The notes: a model not told the origin generated them from the letters alone. A DNA stretch of 64,000 nucleotides from Octopus vulgaris (GCA_951406725.2 OX597840.1:38440001-38504000), one strand, 5' to 3'; counted from the first letter of the stretch, positions 12,629 to 27,873 are shown. Translations and numbers: made by a program.

Positions 12629-15233
12629 TATATCGTCTGCTAAAATATTTACTTCGGACAAATATCCATCACTTTAAACTTCGCCGATAAAGGATCATCA
12701 TATTTCTTCAAATATTCCTCTTATACTATAAAGAAATATATTAATTTCCTTCTCTCTTCACAGGCATAAATTTCCAATGTAAAATATAGAAAAATAATTA
12801 AAATTCCACCAGTACTGTGCATTCTGCATTGTAATTGTGTAAAGAATTATTTGTATTTTCCGTAGAGGTTTTTTGATAAGGATATTTTGTCACGATATCT
12901 CACGATTATATATATAATATAAGTAGCAAGAGGCCTTTTAAGTAGTACATAATAGGCATAAAATATGGATACAAGGAAATCATAATATTAAATGCAGACC
13001 ATGGAGGTGTAATGAAATGAGAAATGTATTTACATAACCGGTAGATCACCGAATTATCTTGTTTTCAGTATTTCGATAAAGCCGATACACCCAGTGTGTA
13101 ATTTTTAAGGATATTGACGTATACGTCATTTTCTAGAGACAACAGCATTAGGTAGCAGTCCTTTTACAGAATTCAATATAATTGACATCCTCCCAACCAA
13201 ACTGATATCTAAAAGAACAAAAAATAGCAATTTTTATTTCAAAAGTCTGGTTTGCTGAATTTTAAACTCAGAGTATATTGTATAGGAATAAATACGAATA
13301 GACTGATTTTTATGATCTCATTGTTTACATGCAATCCTCTTATTTGTAATGGATTTGGTAGTTGTTTCATTTTTAACAGAAGTCTTTAGCTACATTAGAA
13401 GAGAAAATTTAATATTTCCTCCAACAGCATTGAATAGGTAATCTCACTTCTCCTTTTGCTAAAAGGCCAGCAATTTTTTTATGAATAGGTACATCACTTT
13501 CATCGATTTTATAACTAAATTGGTATTACCGATCCTGCAAAGACAAAAGCCAAAAACGACACCAGCGATGGTATAAACGCACAATGTAATGCCGCTCAGA
13601 ATTCTGTCCATCTTGCCAACGATTCTGTTAGCTCGGCACCTTAAGGAATAAGAAGTAAAACGCTGTATGAAATTCGACTCTCGGACCAATATTTTCGGAA
13701 GAAACCTTGTCACTGACATCGACAAAGGCGGGAAATAGAAGGAAAGATTAATTAACTCCTGCCGTTAAATGATAAATGAATTTATGATGTGAGACGTAAA
13801 TTAGACAATTAATTTCGACGACCAGTGGTTTCATTTCACTCACAGAATTTAGAACAGAGAAAACATTGCAGAACTGGAAATATTTCAAAGTGTTCAAGTT
13901 AAGGTAGTGTGTAGGAATTTGGTGGGGTCGGTCTCAATCGATTGTGTGATTGTAGCGTTGTTTAATTTGTGGCTTATTTGGGTTTTAATAAATAATGCGT
14001 AGGGGAGAATAAATTTCCTTGATGTTTAGCAACTTTGAAACACAAGAAGTTTATTAAATATGCGGCCCTAACGTATTGTTCAATATCTGAAACGAAAATG
14101 AGATTCTTCTAACAAATCTGAATAATTTCAAAGCAACAGAAATATTTATTAACAATGCTTATAAGCCAATGGTTTCGTATGTTCTGTGATTCGGCACTTT
14201 TAAGATTAGCCTTCGACTCCCTAAAGTATTTCTGAAGATAGAATTGCGAACACGGTCGCTCGCACAAGCACAAACGTACACACACACACAGATAGAGAGC
14301 GACACGGTCACATAGTTACACACAAGCGTACACATGTTCACAAACCAATCACAAATACGCGTGCGCGAAAAGAAGAAAAAAAATGAATATCTACATCATT
14401 CGGAGTAGAATTCAATTAATCAAAATGATCGAACGATTAGTTAGACAAAGTTGATAGACCCCATGTGTAATCTTTTACATAATGACCTGAAACAGACGTA
14501 TTCCATTAATGCAGTGATTTGCTCCCCTGGTTCCCATTCACTGATATATTGCAGTTTATCAGTAGTTAACGGACAGACTTTAAAATCGCACCATTTTAGT
14601 TGCAGAGAAATACATAAGTGATGTGTAATAGAATAGCAACTGTTTTGCAGCTTCGATAAGTTCGGCTGCTATCTATTCGCTTTCAGACAATTGCGGACAA
14701 TTTCATGGTTAGTATGGTTTCGCATAAATGGTTTAGGTGGCCTTAAATCGTTTCGTCTCGTTATGTGTTCGATCGAAAGCTTTCTACGGGTCGTGTAGCT
14801 TTTTTTCTTTCTGTCTTTTTTTTCTTCTTGTTCGTTTTTCGTTTAGTATGAACTCAGGTCACATTTAGACACTCACACGTACAGGTACGGATAGACATAA
14901 AGGCAGACAAATGCATACGCAAACATACAATACTTATATTACCAAGGCGCAGGTCACTGCACTTGTTTTCATCCATATCTGAATGCTTGTGTCTGTGTGA
15001 AAATTAGAACCATCATATTAACATACACATACACACCCACTCACATACATATACACACATACGTACACACACAAACACTCACACAGACACAAACACATAC
15101 ACACCTGTATGAAAGAAGGTATTTGCATCATCATGTGTGTGCCCGTGTCTCTATACACGAATGTGTAAACGTGAATATATTTATTATCATTACATATATA
15201 TGTGTGTGTGTGTGTGTGTGTCTGTGTGTGTGT

Positions 15234-15495
15234 GGAGGTGCAATGGTCCAGTGGTTAGGGCAGTGGAATAACGGTCGTAGGATCGCGGTTTCGATTCTAA
15301 GACCGAGTCAAAACACCCATAGCGGCACGAAGCTCCGGCAGGGGTGGGGTGAACCCTACTGTACCGTTTCACCATGACTTTCCCTCGCTGTTTCTCCCTG
15401 TTTCTGTTGTGCCCGTATTTCAAAGGGCCAGCCTTGTCACACTCAGTGTCACGCTGAATCTCCCTGAGAACCATATTAAGGATACATGGAGTGCA
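15234..15495 (+). mobile_element. tRNA-derived SINE (third family)
   Basis: A-box-like tggtccagtggttagg and B-box-like ggtttcgattct; head resembles the 47512-47822 element. Confidence 0.7.
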
Positions 15496-17344
15496 TTGAC
15501 GCACACAGGCGTACGCCCATACTGTAGTAGACCGTTTGTAGTAGACCTCATCACAGGAAAGCTCTTCAAAATTTGCTGAAACAAGTTCTACATTTTCTAC
15601 TTTTGCTAACCACACAACGATAACACAATCGTGTGACTGGTCTCCCACAAATTCGTATTTACTTAAAAGCTTTCTTTCTGAAATCGTTGTAGAATTGTAA
15701 GATATTATGTGGTTCATAAATGATATATACACATATATATATGTGTGGTTGCTTATGTGTTGCGTGCGTGTGTGTGTTTGTGTGTGTGTGCTACTCTCTT
15801 TATTACATGCATTTATTTAATTACGATAATTAAATGCCAATCAAACAATAATTAAAACAAACTGTGAAATTTGATGTAGGTTAGGCCTTGTAGATCCAGC
15901 TGCCACATCTTCCCCGAAGTACAACCTAATGGTTCATGTATGTTTATGATAATTGACAACAGTTGAACGTTTGTACATTGTAGACGGGCATGTATGAAGT
16001 ACCAGAAAAATCTGCCTCAAAATCGTTCAGGTTTATGATGTAGAAAAAAGATTAATATCTGCTAGAGCTGCTAGAAATAGTAGGTCAATCTACCTCAGTT
16101 ACACCGTACTGTCTCATGTAGGTACTTTATGTATGAGCCAATGCTGCCTGATATCACCGGACAGAAACTTAAACTAAGAACTTTAATGATATTAATTAAA
16201 GTCAAAAGGGCACCTTTTCCCTCAGAGGTGAAAAAAAAAAGAAATGCAGATTTTTAAACTGCAATATATTAAAGCCCCTTCTGTGCAATACTGGTAAACA
16301 TCACTGGCGATAGGCTCCACCAGGATGTGAACTTGGAACACGGGGACAAACAGGGTCAGAGGAACGTCGGAAATAAAGAAAGAAGGTGGGCAGAAGGAGG
16401 AAGCCTTGTAAAAGCATGAAAGAATGAGAGACCAACGGAGGGTGTGGTACCCTTTTCTCTTATCGCTACATGTGTATTTTCCTCTAAGAGATAAACAAAA
16501 CCCGCGTATAAAAGTAGAGGTTTGTGTGCATAAAAATCTTACGGTGTGTCACAATGTATATGTATTGTTCGCTTGGCAAGTTATTAATTTTAACTAATTG
16601 ATAATTCGGTCACCTTCTTTTATTCTTTCTCTCTCTCTTCCCTTCTTTCTCTCTCTCTCCCTCTCCCCCACTGAACCTATTAGCACCAACAAAGCCGTCG
16701 ATAGTAATTCGAAATAAATCGCACTCATATAGTTTATTGAACGGTACAGAGTTTGCTTTTTATCTCCTTTGCATTAAACAATCTGTAACATAATTTTTGT
16801 AACACTATAAAGCGGACAAAATCAGTTAAATAACAAAACATTTTAACGTTTCCGGCACAATAGAGCTGTCCTTCTTCCAGGCTTGAAAATTTAGTACAAT
16901 AATTAAAGACCAGTTAAAGAATTATTAAGATTAACAATTAAATTTATGAAGTATGAACATTTAATGGACGCTAAAACGGCTAGAAATAGGTACTAAATCT
17001 CGATCTCCTTACACCATGCTCTCATATGAAAGTAAACACATATTTATGTAAAAGCCAGTGTAGAGTGGCTTTTACGTGGTAGCTAAAGTTTTTGGAAATA
17101 GCAGCCAAATCTTGTTTTGAGGACTGATCGGCGCAGTTATTTTACAGGGCCATCTCATAATATCATACCGGGGCACAGTATAAGATGTTCTTGAACATGA
17201 TTGCATATGCGTTACAAATCCATAATAATCATGCTTTTTTTAAAGTAATATGGAAGATATGTATTATGCATGTGTGTAACAAATGCATAAGTGTAAATAC
17301 ATATTTATGCAGACACTTATAAAAAATGCACACACACACACACA

Positions 17345-17452
<108 letters not shown>

Positions 17453-17458
17453 TAATTC

Positions 17459-17650
17459 TTTATAATTAGTGTTCAGCAAAAATTTGCTTTACCACATACT
17501 GAAGTTTAGAAATAGCAGTCAAAAAACCTTACCTATTTCTTCTACTTTAAAAAGGGATTCCTAGAAAAACCAAAATACTTTGGTTTTCTGACTGCTATTT
17601 CTAAACTTCGGTATGTGGTAAAGCAAATCTTTGCTCAACCCTAATTATAA
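17459..17650. repeat. Inverted repeat (~68 bp arms)
   Basis: tttgctttaccacatactgaagtttagaaatagcagtca pairs with tgactgctatttctaaacttcggtatgtggtaaagcaaa. Confidence 0.9.
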
Positions 17651-17768
17651 AGTATTACTTAAGTTTACTGTGAAATGGTCTTTTTTCACGCCGAATTCTA
17701 ATTGGTGAAATTATTGATTACTTCTTAATTAATTAATTTTACCCTTTGTTAATATATATATATATAAA

Positions 17769-18530
17769 CAGGCATACCTCAGCTTAAGTCGTTCTCGATT
17801 ATACGCCGGTTTTCAAAAATAATATATGGAAAAATAAAAGGAGAAGGGGATTCCTTTTAAGGTTTTACTTTTCTTGGATAAAGCTCCTGACCACCCGCAA
17901 AACATCGCAGATTTTGACCATAGCGTTACAGTCGTATACCTCCCTACGAAGCCCAGTTCTCTTCTGCAGCCAAATGAATCAGGGAATAATTGCTATCGTC
18001 AAGCGTTACTGTATGAAGTGTTCGCTGCGGCAAGCATTTTCTGCAACTGATCCTGATGAGTCCACCACACTTTTGGAAGAGATACAATATCTACTAAGAT
18101 GTACTCAACATAGCAGCGGCATGGAATAATGTACAGAGCACGGCTATGTCCGCAATTCGTGAATGATTTTAAGGGGTTTGATAATGTTGGCATCATCAAA
18201 ACGTTGGTGACTACGAGCAAATAACTGGAAATGGATTTGAAGGAGGAAGATTGCACTGATTTATTTGAAAAGGACAAACAGCCCTGACGAACGAGGATTT
18301 GGTTGAGCTTCCCGAGCATTAAAATAAAGAAAAAGGAAGTCGAACCTGAGCCATGTCACTTTACCATTACGAAAATGTAGCAAGCAATTGATATATTGAT
18401 GAAAGGTCGAGAAATGTTCGAGAAAATGGACCCAAATGCTCAACGCTTTACCAAAATTATTAGGGCTTGTCACGGAGCGTCTGTACTATATAATGTAATC
18501 CTGGAAGAAAAAAATAGGCAGTTCGAGGTT
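17769..18530 (+). mobile_element. pogo/Tigger DNA transposon remnant (DDE_1 transposase pseudogene)
   Basis: Starts caggcatacctc (Tigger-like TIR). Peptides KVLLFLDKAPDHP and VVYLPTKPSSLLQP/MNQGIIAIVKRY match the LLLDNAPGHP and FLPPNTTSLIQPMDQGII motifs; frameshifted. Confidence 0.85.
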
Positions 18531-18698
18531 ATAGAACTAAAAACTAATAGATTTAAATTTAAGAATTTAAAAAATTTAAATTAGTTTGTTTATTTATTCT
18601 TAAGCTCGCTCTTCAAAAAGTGTTTTTTTTTAAACAGCTCTTAAAATTATGAAAATATTTAATAGTTACATTCGAAAAAATAATTTAGCAAGATATAT

Positions 18699-18737
18699 CC
18701 ATCTGATGAATCCTCACTGGATTTGAAACGGTAATTG
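18699..18737 (+). ncRNA. Degenerate minimal type I hammerhead motif
   Basis: ccat-CTGATGA-atcc tcact ggat-tt-GAAA-cgg-TA-attg; stem I is weak. Confidence 0.4.
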
Positions 18738-19050
18738 TAAATTTTGGAAACAAATATTTTATTTAACGATATGGAAGCAGCTGTAAATAGATTTGTCATT
18801 TCTTTGTATAGAAATAATAAAATTGGATTCATCATTTAATGTTTGAATTATGTAATTATTGAATTTTCTTATTTTGTTTCTGTTTCTAATTACGATTAAT
18901 ATTTTGATAAACTGATTGTTTATTCCTTGCCAATCAATAAGGAGCGGAAGTTCATAACGATGTTATTTATATAGGTAGAGAGCCAGTAATTTTTGGGATA
19001 TTTAATATCCCATAGGTGGTTATTTAACAATTTAACACCTAACGTAATTG

Positions 19051-19104
<54 letters not shown>

Positions 19105-19126
19105 TACATATATGTATAAGTATTTC

Positions 19127-19163
<37 letters not shown>

Positions 19164-19597
19164 CTTAGAAAACTCAGATACGTTTCGACCAAAGATTGGG
19201 CCAGGCCATGTCTAACTTAATAGCACCACCTGATAGGATTATTCGAATCCTGTTTAAGTCGAGTTTTGTTCAAGTAGTGAGTTCTTGTATATATGTACAT
19301 ATTTATATGTATATATATGTATGCACACACACACACACACAGACATATATATGTATTTATAGGTATATATATTTACCAGAATCTCCCTGATTGTGTACAT
19401 ATAAATCATAGAGCATGCCTCTATATTTGTCACGAAATTTTTCCTAGCATAGCTGTGTATTGTTCGCCTGGCAAGAAATTAATTCCTTACAATATTTTTT
19501 CCTCCTCTACATAGCTTTATATAATTAATGAATTAATAGAAAATGTACCTATTATATATGAAGCATAAGCGCACCTAGTTGGTATATACATAGATAG

Positions 19598-19645
<48 letters not shown>

Positions 19646-20298
19646 ATATGTATAATCATATATAAGTATATATCATGTATATATATATTTCCATATCATG
19701 TATATACATAAATGCAAATATTTCTTTGTATATAGTTCTTTTATGGATATCATAAACGAATATCGGAAAAGTATCCGCTTAATAGGTACGTAATTACTAT
19801 GCTTCAGTAAGTACTTGAAAGAAGGAATCAACATGTAATATGCAATAGTATAGTGCTAAAATAATGCATTAACAAGATTTGAACATTATTATATGCGATA
19901 CCATAAAAGTAGAAAGCAGGCGACTATCAGTACTTCAATAATGCGTATGTATTTTTTTTTTCTTAAATACGGATTATTTAAGATTTGAAACGAACGTGTA
20001 TTTCTAATTAATTTCAAAGGATTTTCTGCGAGTGAAAATAAACCCACAAATAACAAGATTTACTTAATATGTTTATGTATCTAAACCAATAAATGTTTCC
20101 GTTACGCTATATCTGATATTCACTAGCGCACACAATGCGTAAATTTATGTATATACATCTGCCAATTCATACGTATATACACTCACAAACAGTACCATAA
20201 ACACACACAGACACATACACAGAAATATGCATTCATGTGTGTGCTTGTATACCTCTACACATGTATATATATGTGCACCTGTATATATATGTACATGA

Positions 20299-20407
<109 letters not shown>

Positions 20408-20425
20408 TATATATGTATATATGTA

Positions 20426-20511
<86 letters not shown>

Positions 20512-20705
20512 AAACTCACTAACACGTCATTTACACATTCATATTTAAATGCAGAATATATAAAGCTGTGTATATATGTATGTCTATGAAGAATTACACA
20601 TATATTTACACATATACATCTATATAATTACACAATAGTATGTGTCTATATAAATATATATGTATATATATATATTTATATGTGTATGTTTGGTTGTGTA
20701 TGTAA

Positions 20706-20736
<31 letters not shown>

Positions 20737-21073
20737 TTCATCATCGAATATTTGTGTGTGTGTGCGTGCGTGCGTGTGTGTGTCTCTGTTGCGTGTGTAT
20801 GTCTCATTACATCCTGTGTGTGTGCTTGAGCAGGAAAATATATTTTGCGGCAATTTAGAGAGAGTATTGAAGTTCGCATTTCATCAATTTAGTCTGTATT
20901 CTAAATCAAACAAAAAAAGAAAGAGAAGAAATATTGCCATCAAAATCTTTAATTGACAAAATATTCTTGCATTTTCCTAAGTTCAAAATAATTGAGTAAG
21001 CTAAATTTGTGCCCCTAAAAGTATTAAATATTTTATAATTCATCATTGTTAAGTGATGTCTAATAATAATAAC

Positions 21074-21123
<50 letters not shown>

Positions 21124-21147
21124 TAATAATAATAATAATGATAATAA

Positions 21148-21680
21148 GACACATACCAGAAAAGGTTAATATAGACACACACCAGAAAGGGTCGCAGAAA
21201 GCGAGAAAGCAAACATACTCTGGGATATGCCAATATACACAGATAGAGAAATTAAGGCCAACAGGCCAGATATAGTTGTCAGAGATCATGAAGAAAAAAA
21301 AATGCTTTCTAATTGATGTATCAATACCGGCAGATGACAACGTGTCTCTAAAAGAAATGGAGAAACTCTCAAAATACAAAGACCTGGAAATAGAGGTAAC
21401 TAGAATGTGGAACCTGAAAACAGAAACAATTCCTATCATAGTAGGTGCATTAGGCATGATAAAAAAATATTCAGACAAATACATAACAAAAACACCAGGA
21501 CTTACAAACACATATAACATACACAATATTGCACTACTAGGCACTGCACACATCCTACGCAGAACACTGTCCATACAATAACCATCAGAGCATCACAAAA
21601 CATCACAGCACATACCCAAGGCACACAGAGCTTCGCTCGGTAGTGAAGTGAAAGCACGTTATAAAAATAAAACTACTGAA
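21148..21680 (+). mobile_element. Dong/R4-clade non-LTR retrotransposon 3' end (REL endonuclease), 5'-truncated
   Basis: Peptide ILWDMPIYTDREIKANRPDIVVRD, then a frameshift, then KKCFLIDVSIPADDNVSLKEMEKLSKYKDLEIEVTRMW (PD..D..K REL motif). Flanked on both sides by (TAA)n, the known Dong target. Confidence 0.9.
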
Positions 21681-21859
21681 TAATAATGATAATAACAACA
21701 ACAACAACCACAACAATAAGGATAATAATACAAGCACAACATTTCAGTGTGAAATACAAATTCTCCTGTTATACCAATCTAATGTAGTTCAGACCACAAA
21801 AACTGTTAATATCAATTGCTGAATTTTCCAAGGTGGCTCACTTTCACATTTGAGTTTTT

Positions 21860-22245
21860 GAAATGCCCAAATATCCCTTACAACTGTGCATAACAGAACA
21901 GGGTATGGATATGAAATAGGCGACAAGAAAAGTATTCCTCTATTTCATATGTATGATTGAAGGCTCTATGACTAAGACGATAAGGAGCTTGAAGGTCTGC
22001 CACGAACTGTGAAAGCTGTCAGGGATGATGTTGGGATGGAATTTGGTCTCGGCGTAAATGTGCCAAGACCACTTTCCAAGAAGGGAAACAGAAGACCTCA
22101 CATTCGGTGGATTTGAGTGTTGACACAATCATAAAAGAACTCGAGCAGGAAGAAACTTGCAAACAGCTCGGAATAAATGGGCGATCATGGAATTCAACCT
22201 GCAAGTATGAAAGACACAATCAAGAAGGAATGCTACAAGAGAGTT
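21860..22245 (+). mobile_element. Decayed R4-clade RT fragment
   Basis: LFHMYD*RLY..DDKELEGLPRTVKAVRDDVGMEFGL..KCAK resembles HLLYMDDLKLY...DIGMEFGLDKCAK. Confidence 0.75.
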
Positions 22246-22246
22246 C

Positions 22247-22573
<327 letters not shown>

Positions 22574-23160
22574 GTGCTTGACATACCTCATTTGATGAGA
22601 AGCAACGCATGGGTTTGATAGTAATGCCCAGTTAAATTATTCACCATACCGAGCAGTCCACTACGCTGAAATTGGCCCTCAATTAATTAGTAATGTTTAC
22701 TCATGATGTCAGGAAAAAAACCCTTTTTCCCCAAAGTCAATTATTCAAACCCTAACGAATACCTTTCAACACCAAATAAATATCACACAACATTGGCATT
22801 AAGGGGTACCATAGTTTTCTTGACGTATCTTACTGAAATATTTAAATTCTAAGTGAAATAGGTAGGTTATTTACAAGTTAATGGGCAAAGAAGGAAAATT
22901 AAGAAAAATTTCCTAAGTTAATGTGTACGAACGATCTGCAGTTAATAATCATAAACGATTAAATCTGGGAATTTGCTGAAGTTAACGCGTAATAAATGAG
23001 GAAAAAATATGATAAAAATTCAGATTTTAAATATATCGGCTAATGTGAAAGGAATGCGCTATGATAAAATCCTTTGTTAATGATAATAAGAAGTTAATGA
23101 ATAAAGAATAACCAGGCGAATATTCTTAAGTTAACATGTAATAAACGAAAGAAAATTGTA

Positions 23161-23542
<382 letters not shown>

Positions 23543-24124
23543 ATAATGGTAATAAGAACTGTTTACGTTAACTTGTAATAAATGAGGTAAGAACTGTAAT
23601 CAGAATTTAAAATTTAAAAGCATTCTATAATTTTTAAAGAAATCAGGTAATACAAGCCATTTGTTATAAATGATGGGAGTAAGAAAGGGAATGGCAAATT
23701 ATAGGGGCTATACAAGAATGATGGTGATGATGATGATGATGGTGACGATATGATAATGATGATAATGATGATAATAATAATAGGAGTGTAAATGGAAAGG
23801 AATTTAAAAGTATCAGAAAAATACTAACGTGTGAAAAAAAATGCGTCACCTCAAATCTGACGTTGATTTACGATAATCAAGCTTGGATGAGAGACACTGC
23901 CACGTCAAATGCCAAATTGAAATGACCTTGAAAGTATATAGAAGATACGGTGTAGAAAATGATGAAGATGATGATGATGATGATGATGATGAAGACGGAC
24001 GATGCTGATGATGATGAAGATGATGAAAAAACACAACATTATTAGCTACAAGAAACATATATAAAATAATCTATAACGTTCATGATTAAGGTAATAATAC
24101 AGAGTATATTACAATTGTCAATAC

Positions 24125-24172
<48 letters not shown>

Positions 24173-24333
24173 TAAAGTGTACTAGCCATCTGAATGTGGC
24201 TAGCCACTGGGGTGGGTGTTACTGACGCTTTTAGCCCCAGGAGATCGACGTCCCCAGCTGGCCTTAGACACAATTTCTGTGCCCTTATGATATTTGCAAA
24301 GGGAGGTCATCCTCCCTCGAAAACCTAAGTGAT

Positions 24334-24379
24334 ACATACGGACTATAGTTTCAAGGTTTTTGCCTCTCGTCAACGTATG
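24334..24379 (-). ncRNA. Antisense copy of the same hammerhead motif
   Basis: Exact reverse complement of 24520-24565. Confidence 0.7.
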
Positions 24380-24518
24380 GTAAACACCGGTTTTCGATGA
24401 AGGAGACATTTGCAAATAACTATTTAATGTTTTTCCCAGCAACCACAGTCACTGATTTAGAAAAACTGTCTGAAAGCATTAATAAATCTCCGAACGAGAT
24501 GTAAACGGTAACCGCTCG

Positions 24519-24565
24519 ACATACGTTGACGAGAGGCAAAAACCTTGAAACTATAGTCCGTATGT
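24519..24565 (+). ncRNA. Type I hammerhead ribozyme motif (U3 variant)
   Basis: acatacg-TTGACGA-gagg caaaaa cctt-GAAA-ctatag-TC-cgtatgt: perfect 7-bp stem I, palindrome ACTATAGT, GUC triplet. Confidence 0.75.
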
Positions 24566-24773
24566 ATCACTTAGGTTTTCGAGGAGGATGACCTCCCTTT
24601 GCAAATATAATAAGGGCACAGAAATTGTGTCTAAGGCCAGCTGGAGACGTCGATCTCCTGGGGCTAAAAGCGTCAGTAACACCAGCCCCAGTGGCTAGCC
24701 ACATTCAGATGGCTAGTACACTTTACGATGTCGAGCGGTTACTGTTTACATCTCGTTCGGAGATTTATTAATG

Positions 24774-24826
<53 letters not shown>

Positions 24827-26307
24827 TTAATACAACTTAATTTACAGAAAATATAGCTGATACTCAACTAAACGTAGAGTAAGCCTCACATATTGCTTGT
24901 CTGAGTCAGTTGTGATTTCTTCCCGACATTCACTGAAAGAAGTATAACGAATAGACAGAAATAGATATCAAAGAATTTGAACTCAATATCTGAAACAAAG
25001 TGGAGATAAACCTACCGGTTATGCCATTCTATTGGTAAAAGAAATTCCTTTTCACAGATGTAAATTGTTTTCAATCATATCGGTGGGTAAAAAGCTAATA
25101 TTTCCTCATATCGATATCATTAATATATTATTATATCTACCATTGGATGGACGATATGCAAAATTGATCTCCGTGAAATTTGACTTTCAAAATATTAAAC
25201 GGTAACTAGAATACAGTGTGGCAGATTACAGTGGCTCAAATAATTCTGCATATCAAGAACGAATGTAAGATACTTCATTGGAACTTGAATTACCAAAATT
25301 ACAGATACAAGTGTAACATTCAGTATTGTGTGATTTAGAATTCGTCTTTATCGTCTTCTGATAGTTGGCTCCCTTAATCTAACTAAATATTATGAAACAT
25401 CTAGTTATCTATAATCCATGATTACAAACACATGAACATCATGTGTTGTAATCCTTTTAGGCCCTACAACAGAACCTATGATCATACCAGAGCGCTGGAT
25501 TATCGACTGAAAGTTCCCCAAAAGTATGGAGACTTAGTTACATTTTGGAAAACAGGACTAAAAATGTTAATGTATATGAATGGATGTTTAAGCAATAGTC
25601 TAGAATTCTATATTTTCTTTAAAAGTGCAACGGCTACTTTTTTTTGTGAAATGAAATATTTTTAAAATGAACATTTGAACTGTAATATTTTATAACTTTT
25701 GTGAAAATTTGATATACTATCATTTGTTCATTGTTCGATTTTTCGTATTATTAATATCTCAAGTGTAAAGTATTCGTCGGTTCTTCTGAAAGAATAAGAG
25801 AAAGTATAGAATACCAAAATAGTAAATGAAAAAGATATTAAATGCATAAAAAAGAATTATATAAAATTAACAAATTTATCCCATTTCTTTTATTCTAGTT
25901 AATCCAAAAATGTCAGGAATAATTGATATATTCAGCGATTGCTATTCAAATGTCTTTGGACAATGATTTTGCAACAATAACTCAGAACCATGACTTCGAC
26001 TCGCAGAATACATTTTTGTATTGAAATTTAAGGAAAAAAAAAAAAAAAAGGAAAATACGTTCGTTTTTAACAACAACGATTTTTGCATTTTTTTTCTCGA
26101 TATTCCTCTCCTGATTTCACTGGTGTATTATGCATTTCGATGATAATTCTCCATATATTACATTGTTTTAGATGTCGTTTGTGCATTTGATGTAGAATGT
26201 CTTGGTTTGTTTGTATGTTGTATTGATATGTTTAAACTAGGAAACATATGCACACACACACACACACAGATACAAAGATGGACATGTCTATCCATCGCTC
26301 AATTTAT

Positions 26308-26345
<38 letters not shown>

Positions 26346-26429
26346 GGGGGGTGTATATATATGTATGTATACGACGGTAGCGATAGAGAAAGGAAAATAG
26401 AGAGGAAGAATGAACTATCTTGCTTGCTA

Positions 26430-26846
<417 letters not shown>

Positions 26847-26961
26847 CTATTTTTATCTTGTACTATTGCAAAACATTTATTCAATGCTTATTGGTCTTTA
26901 TCCTTTCGAAGGAATTTCGTTCTGTAGCCTTAAAAAGACAGGAATGTTTCTGAATATATCA

Positions 26962-27120
26962 GGCGCGGGTGTATAGTGAGACGTTTGCTTCACTGCCATA
27001 TGGTTCTAGGTTCAGCCCCACTACGTGGCATCTTCGGCAAATGTCGTCTAGTACATCCTCAAGCTGACCAAATCTTTGCAAATGGATTTGGTAGACGGCG
27101 ACTGAATGAAGCCCGTCGTA
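26962..27120 (+). mobile_element. Degraded CORE-type SINE head
   Basis: ggttcagcccactacgtggcatcttcggcaaatgtc...ggatttggtagacggc...gaagcccgtcgta. Confidence 0.75.
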
Positions 27121-27129
27121 TGTTTATAT

Positions 27130-27785
27130 AAGGCTGTCTTTTCAATTGCATGAACTAAACTACGGGCGGGGATGGGATAAACTACCTGCATCAACTTGCT
27201 ATAAATGCAGGTACTAGGTTTACCCTGTATTTATTCGCAGTGCAAGTTTCGAAAAGCGCAGTTACTTTTTCGTAGCTATAATGGAAGTGACAAAGGAGCA
27301 TAATCGGCACATTTTGCTTTACGTGTTCAATCAAGACAGTAACCCAATGATGGAAAGTGCGAGGAATATAAAAGCAGTATATGAAGATCGGGCAATAAGC
27401 ATAAGATGATTTCATGTTTCGAGCTACATCCTAGAAAATTAGCCTCATTGGAAGATCTGTGGAGCTCGACGAGAAAGTCCTGCAAACCGTGGTGGAAAAT
27501 ATCCCATCGTAACTTTTGAGGAATTAGCAGAGAAGGTTCGATTTGGTCATTCATCCAGTTATCCAAGTCAGCGCTAGAAGGAAAACAACCATCTTTCGTT
27601 TCAAGACGAAAGGTGTTCCTCAATGAAGATAATGCTTGGTCACATACAGCGAGGATGACATTCCACCCACCATATTCGCCGGACATTGCCCCATCTGATT
27701 ATCATTTATTCTGCAGTCTTCAAATTCATTTGGACGGGGAAAAAATGAATTACCTAGAATTCTGTCAGAACAGTACTGGAGGAAT
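27130..27785 (+). mobile_element. Internally deleted mariner transposon remnant
   Basis: ATG 27281 gives MEVTKEHNRHILLYVFNQ (mariner N-terminus). C-terminal EDNAWSHTA...HPPYSPDIAPSDYHLF matches the YSPDLAPSD motif. Confidence 0.9.
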
Positions 27786-27829
27786 ATTAAGTTGACAGTA
27801 TACAAGTACTCTCTCTCTCTCTCCCTCTC

Positions 27830-27873
<44 letters not shown>

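Larger units (their letters stand above)
24171..24774. mobile_element. Fold-back HHR-bearing element within (TA)n (Penelope pLTR-like / retrozyme-like)
   Basis: 24171-24379 is the near-perfect reverse complement of 24520-24727, and 24476-24522 of 24728-24774. (TA)n on both sides. Confidence 0.8.

Noticed and set aside
15234-15305. tRNA-like heads here and in other SINEs
   Set aside because: They run into repeat bodies and lack a full cloverleaf; SINE heads rather than tRNA genes.
18054-18080. CTGATGAGTCC hammerhead-like start
   Set aside because: Inside the Tigger coding remnant; no GAAA, stem III or stem I closure.
20906-21574. 222-aa minus-strand ORF
   Set aside because: Antisense of the Dong/R4 endonuclease fragment plus (ATT)n.
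24630-24680. GGCTAA/GGCGAA as an HDV J4/2 motif in the conserved downstream domain
   Set aside because: Could not find matching P1/P2/P3 strands by eye.
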